Below are positions 14,678 to 15,893 of a stretch of 15,893 nt of DNA, piece by piece; within the stretch, counting starts at the first letter, position 1, and every line of letters starts with the position of its first letter. The notes below the pieces were generated by a model. It was not told the DNA's origin. It searched no databases and saw only the letters and a list, made by a program, of their open reading frames with translations. This DNA is from Candidatus Thorarchaeota archaeon (GTDB lineage Archaea; Asgardarchaeota; Thorarchaeia; Thorarchaeales; Thorarchaeaceae): NCBI GenBank assembly GCA_048884785.1, contig JBHLQM010000014.1, positions 19,743 to 35,635 of the forward strand, read 5' to 3'. A program made the position numbers and the translations under genes.

Positions 14678-15772
14678 ATGGACGTTGAAAACCCAGATGT
14701 ATATCGTCTGCTTCAGCAGCATCTTGACGAGATGCCTGTTGGATTTCCACCGACTCAATCTGGAGTGGAAATCCGTATCCTGAAACAACTATTCACTCCG
14801 GAGGAAGCCAGATTAGCTACTCTCTTGAGGTATTCACCATGCCCATCTGATTCTCTCGAAGAAATACATGAGAAGACACAGGAGCCTGGATTCTCTATGG
14901 AAGAGCTTCAAAATCTCTTGGATACAATGGTGGGTAAGGGCTTGCTCCTTTTCCGACACGAGGGCAATAGAAGATTCTACAATAATGCCCAGTGGGTTGT
15001 AGGAATCTACGAATTTCAAGTAAACAGATTGACAGCTGACTTGTTCAAAGACATTGTTGATTACAATATTGAGGCTTTTGGCAGAGTGCTACATAAATCC
15101 AAGAAGCCTCAACTCAGAGTGATTCCGATTGGGAAAACAGTCACGCACAGTAATGAAATAGCGAATTACGACAATGTCAGAGAGCTAATTTCTTCTTCTA
15201 AGGGACCATTTCTAGTCGCAAATTGTATCTGTCGACAGGGGATGGATACTGTTGAGAATCCTTGCAAGGTCACTGATAGACGAGAAACCTGCATTGCCTT
15301 TGGAATGATGGCCCAAATGTATATCGATCAAGGCTGGGGGCGAGAGGTTACCAGAGATGAACTACTTGAGGTTGTACAACAGAATGAGGACGATGGTCTT
15401 GTACTTCAGCCAAGCAATTCTAGGACTCTAGACTTTCTTTGTAGCTGCTGTGGCTGCTGCTGTGGTATCCTAGCTGGGACGAAGATGTCCCGAAAGCCAG
15501 TCAAGTTCTTCTCTACAAATCACTTTTCTGAGGTGGACCAAGGAATCTGTAACCTGTGTGGAAATTGTGTGGACTGGTGCCAGATGGAAGCTATTGCATT
15601 GGAAAGCGATGCATTATTGATTGATTTGAATAGGTGTATTGGATGTGGAATTTGCGTGGCAAATTGCCCCTCAGAAGCCCTGACTCTTCGAAAACATGCC
15701 GAAGAGCGGGTCCCGCCAGAAACCATGGATGAATTGTACTCAATCATTGCCGAAAACAAGTACGAATTGTAG
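14678..15772 (+). CDS. Cys-rich Fe-S protein: N-terminal HTH-like region, central Cys cluster and C-terminal 2x[4Fe-4S] ferredoxin domain
   Basis: CNLCGNCVDWCQ and CIGCGICVANCP ferredoxin motifs. Central CICR...C...C...CSCCGCCC. N-terminal LFTPEEA...LQNLLDTMVGKGLL. Confidence 0.85.
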   Translation: MDVENPDVYRLLQQHLDEMPVGFPPTQSGVEIRILKQLFTPEEARLATLLRYSPCPSDSLEEIHEKTQEPGFSMEELQNLLDTMVGKGLLLFRHEGNRRFYNNAQWVVGIYEFQVNRLTADLFKDIVDYNIEAFGRVLHKSKKPQLRVIPIGKTVTHSNEIANYDNVRELISSSKGPFLVANCICRQGMDTVENPCKVTDRRETCIAFGMMAQMYIDQGWGREVTRDELLEVVQQNEDDGLVLQPSNSRTLDFLCSCCGCCCGILAGTKMSRKPVKFFSTNHFSEVDQGICNLCGNCVDWCQMEAIALESDALLIDLNRCIGCGICVANCPSEALTLRKHAEERVPPETMDELYSIIAENKYEL

Positions 15773-15893
15773 GATAATAGTAAGAAATGGTTTGCCTGCT
15801 GCTATTTGGTCCCGTCCTCTCTCTTAGAGCTGGAAATACTATTGACATGACTGTACTTCGAAATCATGCCACACGATGTCCGAAAAAAAGAGA

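Noticed and set aside
9999-15772. Selenocysteine recoding in the redox proteins (ArsC, ArsD-like, Fe-S protein)
   Set aside because: Their Cys motifs are encoded by normal codons, with no in-frame TGA interrupting them.
15773-15893. Possible 3' end of a minus-strand gene at the right edge
   Set aside because: The short open frames show no recognisable motif, and there is too little sequence to call.
1-15893. CRISPR array, IS element or long tandem repeats
   Set aside because: No regularly spaced repeats, transposase motifs or terminal inverted repeats were seen by eye.

Overview
Archaeal chromosomal window. The lineage is an inference: probably Asgard, Thorarchaeia-like, judged from a eukaryote-type topoisomerase IB together with FtsZ, GGTGA/GGAGG Shine-Dalgarno sites and an acidic-extended L31e. 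The left half (1-6879, minus strand) is the conserved archaeal translation/ribosome-biogenesis superoperon rnp4-yhbY-rps19e-PDCD5-rpl39e-rpl31e-eif6-rpl18a(LX)-pfdA-ftsY. Here it continues into argF, a PfkB kinase and the 5' end of ftsZ, which the window edge cuts off. Divergent from it are nep1, tRNA-Gly(TCC) and a type IB topoisomerase. The right half is accessory: a divergent arsC / ArsD-like pair, an amidohydrolase, an SRPBCC protein, a 2,4-diaminopentanoate/amine-dehydrogenase-like oxidoreductase, an orphan with a probable C-terminal winged helix, and a Cys-rich Fe-S protein. The strongest unexplained signals are (1) eif6 appears to start at a non-canonical ACG codon with a well-placed SD, in frame behind the rpl31e TAG; (2) the topoisomerase IB has a roughly 200-aa basic coiled-coil linker and a natural Ser at the position equivalent to human N722; (3) its upstream region can form mutually exclusive stems, one of which would cover the RBS; (4) a degenerate ArsD-like gene sits opposite arsC across a near-perfect palindrome. 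No CRISPR array, transposase or integrase was seen.
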